From the IMG/VR virus record IMGVR_UViG_3300045988_149975: a DNA stretch of 64,000 nucleotides; one strand, 5' to 3'. Both the position numbers and the translations under genes were made by a program. This DNA is from a virus. How positions within the stretch are numbered: position 1 is the stretch's first letter; every line of letters begins with the position of its first letter. This document shows, piece after piece, positions 46,439 to 56,358 of the stretch. The notes under the pieces were generated by a model. That model was not told the DNA's origin, searched no databases, and saw only the letters and a program-made list of their open reading frames with translations.

Positions 46439-49400
46439 TTACTTTGTTGCACCTTTTGCAGCGTTCCTCATACTTGAATTAGTCTGCAAATCCTTTATAA
46501 TCTGTGAACGAATCATAGGATATTGCTGTTTCCACATATCCATATTAGCTTTAGGGTCTACAGATTGGAAGTTATTATTTATCGCTAATTGAATAGGCTG
46601 TCCACCCACTGCCCCACTATTACTTGCAAGGTCAGCACTTGTGTCTGCCGTTACATAACCACCTTCAGCATAACGGAATTTAGGTAACTTACCTTTACCA
46701 CTTAATCCACTACCTGCTGTATTTAACCTATCTAAAAAGTCTGTTCCTAAAGCCCTTACTGCTTTTGCCCTTACTACATATTCACCATCTGACAATCTTG
46801 CAGGTATACTATCACTTGTAGATGTTCCTGCACCACTTACATAACCGCCTCCTGCAAAACCAAATCCCAATAAACTTGAAGATTGTGCTTTGGCTGCCTG
46901 CATTTGCATCCACATTTGCCAAATCTGCATTACTGCCATTAAAATCATCATTGCATTAGATAATTTTTCCGAATTAGCAGAAGCACCTATTAAGGCTGCC
47001 CCCATACTAATTGCATTTGCTGCGGCGATTTCATTAGCATAGTTATAACCAGTCTGTGCTGTATCACCAAATTTAACAGCAGAACCTAAACTTGTCATTT
47101 TCTCGCCTGTAGCTGTTACAACATCACCTAACTCAAGGAAATCATTATCTAACTGCATACTGCCATTTACACCGTTTACAGTAGTTGAACTACCCCTGCC
47201 CATATTATAACCTGTATTTGTAAAGCCACCTGTTACAGTAGTTGTAGTACCACCACCTAAAGATGTTGTAGTTCCACCAGTAGTATCAGATACCTGAATA
47301 CCTACTGCACCGCCTATCTTCTGTGCCGCCTGTGTTACCACATCACCTAACTGCCTAATTGGAGGAATAGCAGTATTTACAATGGCATTTTGGAAATCCA
47401 AAGAAGCCTGTTTAAACTTATCTTGAAATTCTTTAGAATCTACATCTATTATCTTTAACTTACTCTGTACAGTAGAATCAATTTCCACCTCTCTATTACC
47501 GACCTGTTCATTAGAGGGTAGTATTGCACTGAATAAGCTGTCTGTAATATTTGTAGCCATCCTATCAAATATCTTCTTACTCCACGTTTGCAGTACAGAT
47601 TTTGCAAAATCTTGTAATGCTTCTTTAGCTGTTTTTTCACCCCAAAGCATACTTTGGAAAGCATCTGATAAACTACCAATAAACTCTTCCTTAATAACTC
47701 TTTGGAATGGAGGTACAGCGTCAGTAAGTTCAAGCAATGCTTGTTTAGCATCTAATGCCTGTTGCCTAAAATTATTTGCCTGTGTTAAACTACCTCTTTG
47801 GGCAGCAACCTGTGACATTTTAGTATATAAAGCAATCATATCTGTATATGCGTCTATATACTCATCCATGTGTTCTTTACGGAAATCGAATAAATCACCT
47901 TCAGCGTCTGCTTCTGTATAAGCTAATCTATTAGCTTGATTTTTCTTACTAATATATTGCTCTTGTACATCAAGATTTATTCTCTCTATCTGTGCATTAG
48001 CTTGCTGTGCTTGCTTCTCAAGGTTTCTTAATCTAATAATATCTTCTAAATTATTTATTGTCCCCTCTAAAGCAGTTTTACGGATTCCCCATGCATCTAT
48101 CTCTGCTTGCTTACCACTCTCTACTGCCTGTGCATAACGTTCTTGAGCAGTAGTCATTTCAGCAAGTAATCTTGAATAATCACCTGCAAATTCTCTAATT
48201 AAATTCTGTTCAAATGCTTGCCTTGACTCGCCTGCTATATCTTGATATTTCTTATTTATCTCATCTAATCTATCGTCTAACTTTTTATATTCTTCAATCA
48301 GCTTTCTTGTATATTCAGCTTCTAAATTCATTGCCTTCTGTCTTGCTTCAGCAATTTTATTATCAAACTGCTCTACATCAGAAGTTTGTCCCAAGGACTG
48401 TGCAATTTCTTTACGCTTTTCATAATTTGCAATTTCCTCATCAAGCTGTTGCTTTGATAATTCCATTGATGCTTCTATATAATTTTGAGTAGATACTAAA
48501 TCATTTTTATATGCAGAATCTAACGCCTTTTGCTGTTCCTTTAAAGATGTTAAAGCAAGTTTTAACTCTGCCTCTAATGCTTTATAAGCACTTTTAGCTA
48601 ATTTACCTGCCCCTTTTCCTGCACTTCCTGCATCAGCACTATCACCTGCTGTAAACAAAGCCTTAATATTATCAGGTAACAAACTGCTATCTGCAAAATC
48701 CTTCATAAGATTATCAGGATTTAAAGTATCTTTAACTTTATTTGCCGCCGCTTTAGCATCTGCTACAAACTCATCCATTATGTCACCCATAGTGGTTGAG
48801 TCATAAGCGTTCCACGCATTATTTACGGCATTGGTTAAAGTATCAATTTCACCCTGCATTGCATTAGCAGCGTCTTTATCTGTTAAGGAATACCAAAATT
48901 GCTCTATTTTCTTTTTAGCTAAATCTACTTCGAGTCCGATAGCGTTCCACAATTTATTCCATTTCTGTCCTAATGCACTTGAAGCGTCAGACACTTTGTA
49001 AACTGCATATACAACAGTTCCTATTGCCGCAACTATTGCCGCTATGGAAGCCACTGTTGCCGCTGACGCAACTAAAAATGCCGCTATTCTTGCAACTAAT
49101 AATGCAACTTGTTTTGCCGCATTTTTTAAACCAATGGATAAGGTATTAGTAATAACTGACCATATAGCTGTCGCACCTGAAGCCGCTGTCTGTGCTACTG
49201 TAGAAAGTGTAACTTGTCCTGTAAATAAACCTATAATAGTTCTTCCAGTTGCCAATACACCATTAAAAATAGCTTGTGCTGCTGACCATGCTGTTGTAGC
49301 TATCCTACCTGCTATTGTTGAATCTGCAAATGCTTTAGTTGCATTTGCCATAGCTGTTATAGCACCTGTAAATGTTGTACTTTGTGAGATAGCGACACCC

Positions 49401-51232
49401 AACAATCTCCATTGATTAACTAAATTAGCTAATGTTGTAGAAATTCCTGCTAATTTAGTTAAGCCACTTGCAGAACTAAACATATTTGCAAATTCACTTA
49501 CTAAACCTATAATACTATTTTTAGCTGTTACTACTATTGCACTTGTTGTAGCTATTACAGCTAACAAAGCACCATATTCACTTACAAATCTGCCAATAGA
49601 AGTATCAGAGAATGAGGCTATAAAATTATACATCTCTGCTGCCGCATTACTTATAATACTTATTAACGGCTGTAACATAGTCAATGCACCATTTAAAGTT
49701 ACAACTAATATATTTATAACATTTAATGCACCATTAAAAGCCGCATTAAAAGCAGGCATCGCAGTTTTACCAATAGTCCAAATCAAATCAAGTAGATTAG
49801 ATAATGTATTATAAAACTTTGTCATTGTACTCAAAGTTTGCTGATTCAAATTTATATCCGTTACTACTTCTCTTGTCTGCTGTTGACCATTACTATCAGT
49901 ATAAGTAAAATCCTCTTTCTGCAAAGTAAACAACATATCTGTTATTTCTTTTAATTTACTTTTAGTATTCTGATAAAGATTTTCTACTGCTACACTTGCA
50001 ATCTTATTTACACCATCAGCAAAGTTGTTTAACATACCTTCCCAAGTGGTACTTAAATCATAAGAGGCTGCTTCAAAACCCGCCATACGTTTCCTAATAT
50101 CTTCATACAGCGTTCCCTCTTCACGCAGTTTATTTACAGTTGCAGTAGTATAGCCCAAAACTGTAGCCATCATATCTACACCTGGGCGGATTGCATCACC
50201 GCTAATTAAACCACGAATTTCCTGTATTACCTGCTGTTTCGGTAAACCGAATGATTTAACTGCATTTGCAGAAGCTACTACTAAATCCATTATTTGATTT
50301 AAGTCCATACCTGCATTTAAACCACCTGCTAATGCAGATTGATACGCTTCTGATAATTCAGAAACGGTTAAAGTAGTGCGCATTGCTTCTATCTGCATAC
50401 GTTTAAGTATTTGTTCAGATATTTGTAAACCTTGTGCATAACTTGTCTGCTGCCCATTTATTTCAGTAGTAGATGCTAAAATACCTGCCATGCCTATCCT
50501 CATAGTTTCCATTGAGGAAGCAAATTGGAAACCTGGGGCTACAAGACTTTGTACTGTCCCTGCAATCATTTGAAAAGACTGTTCCAAAATAAATGCCTGG
50601 AAAGAAATCTTACTAATCATCTGCCAACTACTACTTAAACTACCAAAGAATGAATTTGCGCTCTTTGCTGCCCCATCCATACTACCCGCTAAATTGGTAT
50701 TCCTTGTAGGGGTAGTAGACTGTTTACTTGTTGGCGTTTTTACATTTGCTCCGCTTGCTAAAGCCTTATTTGTAGCTTCTGCTTGCTTTTGTATAGCTTG
50801 TAAATTAGATACTACTGTTTTAGTATTCTTTGTACTTGCAGTAGCTAATTTATTCAAACCTGTTGTAAAATCCTTATTTGTCGCCTTTTGTAGATTAGCA
50901 AACTCTTTAGACAACTTTTGTAATTCTTTTACAACATCTGCTCTCATTTTATTAATTGCTTTTGTAGTTGTTACTGTATTTGAAGCCATAGAATCATTTA
51001 ATACTTTAAAACTATTCTGTAACTTCTTTGTTTGTGAAATTACAGAGTTTGTATTTTCATTAACTGATTTATTTATAGCTACTAAATGCGTATTAATATT
51101 CTTACTTGCTTGCTGAAATGATTTAGAAAGCTGGTTTAAATCTTTTTCGGCAGTTTTTACACCTTTTTCAAGGTCAGTAGTATCTAATGTAATATCAGCA
51201 GATACACTACCTACTTTAAAATCGTCTGCCAT
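46439..51232 (-). CDS. tail tape measure protein
   Basis: 1597 aa; long coiled-coil/Ala-rich repeats, hydrophobic segments, Gly-rich C-terminal part. Confidence 0.85.
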   Translation of the reverse strand: MADDFKVGSVSADITLDTTDLEKGVKTAEKDLNQLSKSFQQASKNINTHLVAINKSVNENTNSVISQTKKLQNSFKVLNDSMASNTVTTTKAINKMRADVVKELQKLSKEFANLQKATNKDFTTGLNKLATASTKNTKTVVSNLQAIQKQAEATNKALASGANVKTPTSKQSTTPTRNTNLAGSMDGAAKSANSFFGSLSSSWQMISKISFQAFILEQSFQMIAGTVQSLVAPGFQFASSMETMRIGMAGILASTTEINGQQTSYAQGLQISEQILKRMQIEAMRTTLTVSELSEAYQSALAGGLNAGMDLNQIMDLVVASANAVKSFGLPKQQVIQEIRGLISGDAIRPGVDMMATVLGYTTATVNKLREEGTLYEDIRKRMAGFEAASYDLSTTWEGMLNNFADGVNKIASVAVENLYQNTKSKLKEITDMLFTLQKEDFTYTDSNGQQQTREVVTDINLNQQTLSTMTKFYNTLSNLLDLIWTIGKTAMPAFNAAFNGALNVINILVVTLNGALTMLQPLISIISNAAAEMYNFIASFSDTSIGRFVSEYGALLAVIATTSAIVVTAKNSIIGLVSEFANMFSSASGLTKLAGISTTLANLVNQWRLLGVAISQSTTFTGAITAMANATKAFADSTIAGRIATTAWSAAQAIFNGVLATGRTIIGLFTGQVTLSTVAQTAASGATAIWSVITNTLSIGLKNAAKQVALLVARIAAFLVASAATVASIAAIVAAIGTVVYAVYKVSDASSALGQKWNKLWNAIGLEVDLAKKKIEQFWYSLTDKDAANAMQGEIDTLTNAVNNAWNAYDSTTMGDIMDEFVADAKAAANKVKDTLNPDNLMKDFADSSLLPDNIKALFTAGDSADAGSAGKGAGKLAKSAYKALEAELKLALTSLKEQQKALDSAYKNDLVSTQNYIEASMELSKQQLDEEIANYEKRKEIAQSLGQTSDVEQFDNKIAEARQKAMNLEAEYTRKLIEEYKKLDDRLDEINKKYQDIAGESRQAFEQNLIREFAGDYSRLLAEMTTAQERYAQAVESGKQAEIDAWGIRKTALEGTINNLEDIIRLRNLEKQAQQANAQIERINLDVQEQYISKKNQANRLAYTEADAEGDLFDFRKEHMDEYIDAYTDMIALYTKMSQVAAQRGSLTQANNFRQQALDAKQALLELTDAVPPFQRVIKEEFIGSLSDAFQSMLWGEKTAKEALQDFAKSVLQTWSKKIFDRMATNITDSLFSAILPSNEQVGNREVEIDSTVQSKLKIIDVDSKEFQDKFKQASLDFQNAIVNTAIPPIRQLGDVVTQAAQKIGGAVGIQVSDTTGGTTTSLGGGTTTTVTGGFTNTGYNMGRGSSTTVNGVNGSMQLDNDFLELGDVVTATGEKMTSLGSAVKFGDTAQTGYNYANEIAAANAISMGAALIGASANSEKLSNAMMILMAVMQIWQMWMQMQAAKAQSSSLLGFGFAGGGYVSGAGTSTSDSIPARLSDGEYVVRAKAVRALGTDFLDRLNTAGSGLSGKGKLPKFRYAEGGYVTADTSADLASNSGAVGGQPIQLAINNNFQSVDPKANMDMWKQQYPMIRSQIIKDLQTNSSMRNAAKGATK

Positions 51233-51289
51233 TTAAACTCCCCTTTCTTTTATAAAAAAAGTCGAGATAGTAACACTACCTCGACTGTC

Positions 51290-51930
51290 TTATTTTCCTT
51301 TTATCATCTTACCTGACCATAATTTAAAAAGTTCAGGTGTCATCTTTGGTAAATCGGAAACATCCTTATTAGGTTTTTTAGATGGATTTTCTACACTCAA
51401 ATGGTAGTCCAATAATGCGAAAATCTTTGCAGGAGAACTACTCCAAAATTCAATATCTGACATTTTAAGCACCCTCTTTGCAAAATAATAAAATGCTACC
51501 CAATCCCACTCACCATCATCATTGGAAAGAGTTTTCTTTAGTTTTTTCCGCTTTTAGGTGCTTTTTCTGTATTTTCAGGTAATGAAGAAGTAAGAGCATC
51601 TGTGATTACCTCTACAAGTTGTGTAATGTTTCGTGGTGTAAGATAAGAACCCAACTCTTTAGTTGAAATATCAACATCACTTGAAGCCATACCTGCCTTA
51701 ATAATATTAAGAATATCTATCATTCTTGCATTAACTGACATTGCTTCAAATGCTTTTTGAACAGACCCAAACTTCTCCTCTAACTCTGCAAAAGCGTTAA
51801 AATCATAAACTAATTCAATATCTTTACCACCCAAGCTAATAGTAACACCTTTAGCCTTAACAAGATTTAATTTACTCATATATTTATTACTCCATTCTTT
51901 TCTAACTTTTATACATATATTATACCACAA
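51290..51930 (-). CDS. tail assembly chaperone G-T fusion product via a -1 programmed frameshift
   Basis: The G frame ends ...APKSGKN* at 51538. The -1 frame is open from the slippery heptamer A_AAA_AAC (plus 51541-51547) through ORF 51290..51472. Confidence 0.5.
51538..51879 (-). CDS. tail assembly chaperone (gpG-like); start taken at the internal MSKLNLVKAKG...
   Basis: ISLGGKDIELVYDFNAFAELEEKFG matches the TAC signature; promoter just upstream. Confidence 0.6.
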   Translation of the reverse strand: MSKLNLVKAKGVTISLGGKDIELVYDFNAFAELEEKFGSVQKAFEAMSVNARMIDILNIIKAGMASSDVDISTKELGSYLTPRNITQLVEVITDALTSSLPENTEKAPKSGKN

Positions 51931-51947
51931 AAATTACATTTTGTCAA
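51919..51947 (-). promoter_or_regulatory. sigma-70-type promoter (TTGACA, 17 nt, TATAAT, TGG extended -10)
   Basis: Minus strand TTGACAaaatgtaatttttgtggTATAAT. Confidence 0.5.
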
Positions 51948-51954
51948 GTAAAAT

Positions 51955-51990
51955 TTTAAAAAAATAAGGGGTAAATTAATTTACCCCTCT
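51955..51990 (-). terminator. rho-independent terminator after the major tail protein region
   Basis: AGGGGTAAATT/AATTTACCCCT perfect stem followed by U8 on the minus strand. Confidence 0.6.
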
Positions 51991-52440
51991 GGCTCATAAG
52001 ACAGTTCAAAAGCATAATTCTTTGTTACTTCCCTTGAACCTGTGGCATTTACTTTAATCTGTAAGGATTTTTTCTTTGCTTCTGTATCAGTATTACCCAG
52101 GAAAACAATTCCAATGAAATCTTCATCAAAATTTACTGCACCTTTCTTACCATTAACAACTTGGAAAGAAGCTACACCTCTTGACTCATCCCAATCTTCG
52201 GGTTTTTCAAGTTTAAAAGGTAAGAAATAACCTTCTTGTTCAGTAGGCTCTGATGCATTAAAACCTGTATAACCTGTTACATATTTCAAACTACCACTAA
52301 TTACGCCATTAACACCGTCATTACCTATGTTAAAGGCTATATTGGAAGCTAAATCAGAAGTTTGTTTCCCTAACAAATCCTGTTCAGCAACAGCGGTTAA
52401 GGTAATCTCACCGCTATCTACTTCCCCGCACCAATTTCCT
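51981..52440 (-). CDS. Ig-like-domain C-terminal extension of the major tail protein, reachable by a -1 shift at the end of ORF 52418..53011
   Basis: Open in the -1 frame from before the upstream stop: ...CGEVDSGEITLTAVAEQDLLGKQTSD.... The domain resembles the C-terminus of 55258..55875. Confidence 0.4.
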
Positions 52441-53011
52441 CCGCAGTAGCATTAAGTACCATATCCCACCATTTACCGCTAAAGTTAGTAGGTACGGCAG
52501 AACCAGTGAAGGAACATTCACCGAAGTCACCGCTTGCATCATTAATATCAAAGTCAGGTGCTTCAGTCATACGGCACTTATAAAGTGTAACATGGGCATC
52601 GGCTACCGTACCGTCTGTTGACGGATAATTCCACTTACCTTCAATTTTAAAGTAAGGAGGTGTAGCTGCATCTGCTGTCATACTATAAGTAACTTTTTCA
52701 GTTAAATCAGTACCACCTCTTGAAACTTTACCGCCCATAATAACTTCCAAACCACTAAAACTCAATACACTGTTAGTAACTGTAAAATTAATACCAGTAA
52801 TACGAGAATAAGTGTCCATAATAATGGAATCGCCCTGTAAATTCTTTGTTTCCATTTCAGGGGAAATCTGTAAAGTTAAAATACCTGCTAAATCTACCCA
52901 TTCACTATAAGTAGGCTCGGCAGTTGATGGGTCAGTTAAAAGTTTAGCAACTTTAACATCCTGCAACTCCATAAGTACAACTTTTGTATCGTCAATACTT
53001 GCTGCCATCAA
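52418..53011 (-). CDS. major tail protein
   Basis: 197 aa; position upstream of the chaperone/TMP; composition typical of siphovirus tube proteins. Confidence 0.55.
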   Translation of the reverse strand: MMAASIDDTKVVLMELQDVKVAKLLTDPSTAEPTYSEWVDLAGILTLQISPEMETKNLQGDSIIMDTYSRITGINFTVTNSVLSFSGLEVIMGGKVSRGGTDLTEKVTYSMTADAATPPYFKIEGKWNYPSTDGTVADAHVTLYKCRMTEAPDFDINDASGDFGECSFTGSAVPTNFSGKWWDMVLNATAEEIGAGK

Positions 53012-53409
53012 TAATCAATCCTTTCATAATTTAAAGCTAATCCAGTTACATTTAATATCCAGTTAGCCCTGTTTGAATCATCATACATAAGAAATGTAGG
53101 AGGATTTAAAGGTCTTATACAAAACCTTTTATCATTCCCATCCCTAATTTCTCCTTTATTTAACAATAAATAAATATCATGTGCAATCTTTACTGCCATA
53201 TCATTTTGTTGATTTCTAACTCTAATCTGACAAGTAAAATCTACACTATTTCTTTCTCGCCCTCTTATTGCATAAGAAGCGGTATCGTATACACATATTG
53301 AATTATCTGCTTCCCCACGCCTTGAAGGAAACCTATTAATAAAAATATCTTTATCAATAGTACCAAAATTTGATTTTTCTAAAAAAGTCGCCATACTCTT
53401 TGCAAACAT
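53008..53409 (-). CDS. tail completion / neck protein (hypothetical)
   Basis: 133-aa ORF in the connector block. Confidence 0.35.
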   Translation of the reverse strand: MFAKSMATFLEKSNFGTIDKDIFINRFPSRRGEADNSICVYDTASYAIRGRERNSVDFTCQIRVRNQQNDMAVKIAHDIYLLLNKGEIRDGNDKRFCIRPLNPPTFLMYDDSNRANWILNVTGLALNYERIDY

Positions 53410-53822
53410 TATTTTCTCATTTCCTCTCTCACTATACTAATTAATTTATCAGCATTACGCCTTAAAGGCTCTTCCAAATACTTCGCTTGCCCTACTTCAT
53501 GATGGTATTCAAGATTTTCATGCTGTATCATAGCATAGTTATAACCAGTTTCAGGATTTTCAGTAGAATATACCACACTATAACCTTTTGGAATCTCTAC
53601 TACTTTCCCCGATTCTTTCAATCTACCAGTATCAACAGGAACTAAAGGCTGTGATTCTTCTAACAAATATTCAGCAGCTTTTTTGCAACCTCTCATAGCT
53701 TTTTGCTTTGTAGTATTTGCAAATTCCTGTATAAATTTAGGGTTTAAATCAAGATACAGTTTGACACTGCCACCATATTTAAACTTACCTAATGTTGCTA
53801 ATGCCATTATCTGCCCATTCAA
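53409..53822 (-). CDS. HK97 gp10-like head-tail joining protein
   Basis: 137 aa; ...LVPVDTGRLKESG... pattern. Confidence 0.45.
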   Translation of the reverse strand: MNGQIMALATLGKFKYGGSVKLYLDLNPKFIQEFANTTKQKAMRGCKKAAEYLLEESQPLVPVDTGRLKESGKVVEIPKGYSVVYSTENPETGYNYAMIQHENLEYHHEVGQAKYLEEPLRRNADKLISIVREEMRK

Positions 53823-54291
53823 AATCAGTAAAAGTAGAAGTCATTTCAAAGGCTCTCACACTTACATAAACACCTTGTAACAGAACGCCATTATCTATGC
53901 CTACAATTAAATAATTAGCTGTTCTTCCATCAACAAACTCTATGTAAATTCTATCTAAAACCTGTACTTTATGAGGGGCAATACTATCTAATGTAAATTG
54001 TATAGTGACAATCTTTTTATTTGTTGTAAGCTGCGCAGTAGTGGTTTCTAAATCAACATCACTTGTTTGAGTAGAGTTTATAGTAGCATTAATAGGGATT
54101 TTATTCTCAAAATCATAATCTATATAATCAAGACTATTTTTAAAACCCCTTGACAATATAGGCACATAATAGTATTTCATGCCTATACCACCTAACCAAC
54201 TATAAACTTCATCAAAAGATTTACTCAAATATTCTAAATCATTCATAAGGCAATGTCTTTCCTGTAATTTCAGATGCTGTAAAAGAACCAT
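53785..54291 (-). CDS. head-tail connector protein (hypothetical)
   Basis: 168-aa ORF. Confidence 0.35.
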   Translation of the reverse strand: MVLLQHLKLQERHCLMNDLEYLSKSFDEVYSWLGGIGMKYYYVPILSRGFKNSLDYIDYDFENKIPINATINSTQTSDVDLETTTAQLTTNKKIVTIQFTLDSIAPHKVQVLDRIYIEFVDGRTANYLIVGIDNGVLLQGVYVSVRAFEMTSTFTDFEWADNGISNIR

Positions 54292-54991
54292 CTCTACTGT
54301 AAAAAACTATTACAATATAATAGCTTGTATCAGCTTCTAAATCTGTTAAACGGTATTTCAAACGCTTAATATCATAAAAATCAAATTTTGTTATATCTAA
54401 ACCATCCCGCAACTTTGTTTCGGCGTATTCATCATAAATAGGTTCTTTACTATACATTAAAGTGTACTTATAAAAGTTACCCTTCGACATATCATATCTA
54501 TTCCATTCTAACTCGAAAGAATAAACATTTGTACTATTTATTTTGAATTTAATTGTTTGTTCTTGGGATAATTTATAGTTCCGTAAAGAACCATCTCTTG
54601 CCCTCAATATAATATCTTTTACTTCAACAGGTGAATTGGAGATTGCCTCATCTAATTCCTCTTTAATTTTATCGGCTAAAGAGGTATAATGATAAACCCT
54701 ATCACCTTTTTTAAATGTCACCTGTTCAGTGCTTGCATCATATTCAGGTGCTACAGCAAGTGCTAATCTTAAATAAATTGTATGTAAACACTTTAAAATT
54801 ACAATGTTTATTTCCTCTGATGTCAACTCTTCCGCATTATCTTTACCTATGCTTACCATTGACATTTTAATTATGGTAGGAATACTCTTTTCAACACTTG
54901 CAAAAGCGGGGTCATTTTCAATAGAAGGTGTAGATAACATTAAGCTATCTATCAAATATTGAGTAATTAACTCTAAATTTGAATCCGCCAT
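54239..54991 (-). CDS. head-tail adaptor-like protein with a C-terminal FN3-like segment
   Basis: 250 aa, acidic N-terminal part. Confidence 0.35.
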   Translation of the reverse strand: MADSNLELITQYLIDSLMLSTPSIENDPAFASVEKSIPTIIKMSMVSIGKDNAEELTSEEINIVILKCLHTIYLRLALAVAPEYDASTEQVTFKKGDRVYHYTSLADKIKEELDEAISNSPVEVKDIILRARDGSLRNYKLSQEQTIKFKINSTNVYSFELEWNRYDMSKGNFYKYTLMYSKEPIYDEYAETKLRDGLDITKFDFYDIKRLKYRLTDLEADTSYYIVIVFYSRDGSFTASEITGKTLPYE

Positions 54992-55009
54992 TTTACACCT
55001 CCAAATCTA

Positions 55010-55258
55010 TTAAAGAACTGCTAATGCTCCCTGTAAACGAAGATACTCTTTAATTTCAGGAATAACAGATACTTTCTCACCTTTATTGAAGAAATACCAT
55101 CTATCCCCATAATAAATTTTTAAATCCTCATTAGTAGCTACTTCTACTTTCTTTTCCACAGGGGCTTTTTTAGTTTCAACCTTGGTTTCAACTTCTACTG
55201 TTGGCATTGTTACTTCAATTGCTTTATCTTCTTTCTTAATTGCCATAATTTCCTCCAT
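55010..55258 (-). CDS. hypothetical protein
   Basis: 82-aa ORF. Confidence 0.35.
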   Translation of the reverse strand: MEEIMAIKKEDKAIEVTMPTVEVETKVETKKAPVEKKVEVATNEDLKIYYGDRWYFFNKGEKVSVIPEIKEYLRLQGALAVL

Positions 55259-55875
55259 TATTCATTAAATGTAGCTGTCGCAACTGATAATGTTAAAGTT
55301 ACATTATCATTCGTTTTAAGCTGTACAGTTACAGCCCTTGCAGTTGTAGAATCTGCACCTAAAAATACAACAGCAGTTTTATCAGAATCATCTATAGTAC
55401 GCCATTCTTGTAAACGTGAGGAGTACATTTGAATCGAAGTAGAACCTTTAGGTAATTCTACTGTAAATGGTAAATAATAACCATTCTGTTCATCTTCTTT
55501 ACTACTAAAATCTGTCCAACCTGTTATTTTTTTAAATGTACCAGTTACTACACCTGTTTCACCATATACAGGACTCTCTACTAAATCAGAAGTATTCTTT
55601 CCTAATAATGTAATAGTAGGTGCTTTAACTACAATTTTCCTTTCTACTGGCGGCTCACTACCACCATCAACTGCTTTTACAAAAGCACTACTACCTGCTT
55701 CAGCATAAAATACTTGTGAGGGTTTAACGCCTAATTTTGTGGCTACTTTATAAGGGTCTTGCTCCATATAAAACACCTCATTTGCTGTTACATTTTTACC
55801 TAATGCTTTTGCTAACTTTTGTGGAGATTGTTTTGCGTACAGTACATCATTTGCTGTTATACTCATGTTCAACAC
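55258..55875 (-). CDS. head-associated protein with a C-terminal Ig-like domain (decoration-like)
   Basis: 205 aa; C-terminal GTFKKITGWTDFSSKEDEQNGYYLPF...AVVFLGAD.. is paralogous to the major-tail extension domain. Confidence 0.45.
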   Translation of the reverse strand: MLNMSITANDVLYAKQSPQKLAKALGKNVTANEVFYMEQDPYKVATKLGVKPSQVFYAEAGSSAFVKAVDGGSEPPVERKIVVKAPTITLLGKNTSDLVESPVYGETGVVTGTFKKITGWTDFSSKEDEQNGYYLPFTVELPKGSTSIQMYSSRLQEWRTIDDSDKTAVVFLGADSTTARAVTVQLKTNDNVTLTLSVATATFNE

Positions 55876-55922
55876 TCCTAAATATAAATGGAAGGGAAAC
55901 CTAACGGTTTCCCTAAAATTAA

Positions 55923-56258
55923 TTACGCAGTTTCAATTATTACGCCATGTGTAGGATTAAGAACTGCTGTACCCCAAATGCCATACCAAGCAATCTTAAC
56001 TTCACGCCCAAAATCTTCAGTATCATCTGTACGAATTTCAGGGGCTAAAGATTCTGCAAGTGCATAATAATCTTCGCCAAAGATTACTGCCTGATATACG
56101 TTAGCACTGGAAGCACCTGCGGCTTTAAGTTCTGCTACATAGCCTAAATCGCTTTCAGCAGCAGCACCATTAGGCATAATGGTTGTTTCAATAAAACGAA
56201 CATCGTCAATTCTACCGATTTCCAATCTGTTACTATGGGCGGTAAATACCCATTTCAC
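55923..56258 (-). CDS. major capsid protein (HK97 fold), 3' exon
   Basis: ...AVIFGEDYYALAESLAPEIRT...KIAWYGIWGTAVLNPTHGVIIETA matches the HK97-family C-terminus. The tracker M is GTG; the exon probably begins 1-2 nt inside. Confidence 0.65.
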   Translation of the reverse strand: MKWVFTAHSNRLEIGRIDDVRFIETTIMPNGAAAESDLGYVAELKAAGASSANVYQAVIFGEDYYALAESLAPEIRTDDTEDFGREVKIAWYGIWGTAVLNPTHGVIIETA

Positions 56259-56358
56259 TTACTTTATGTAAGCGGGGGCGTACTTCTATGAGTGTCTTTA
56301 CACTCGACTGCCCCTCTTATGTTCACACATAAGGTCTGACTATCTCTTTACCCCTTTC

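Noticed and set aside
47455-51116. Nested ORFs inside the tape measure gene on either strand (47455..47751, 48214..48492, 49044..49415, 50694..51116)
   Set aside because: They are fully contained in the 1597-aa TMP frame and look like repeat-driven alternative frames.
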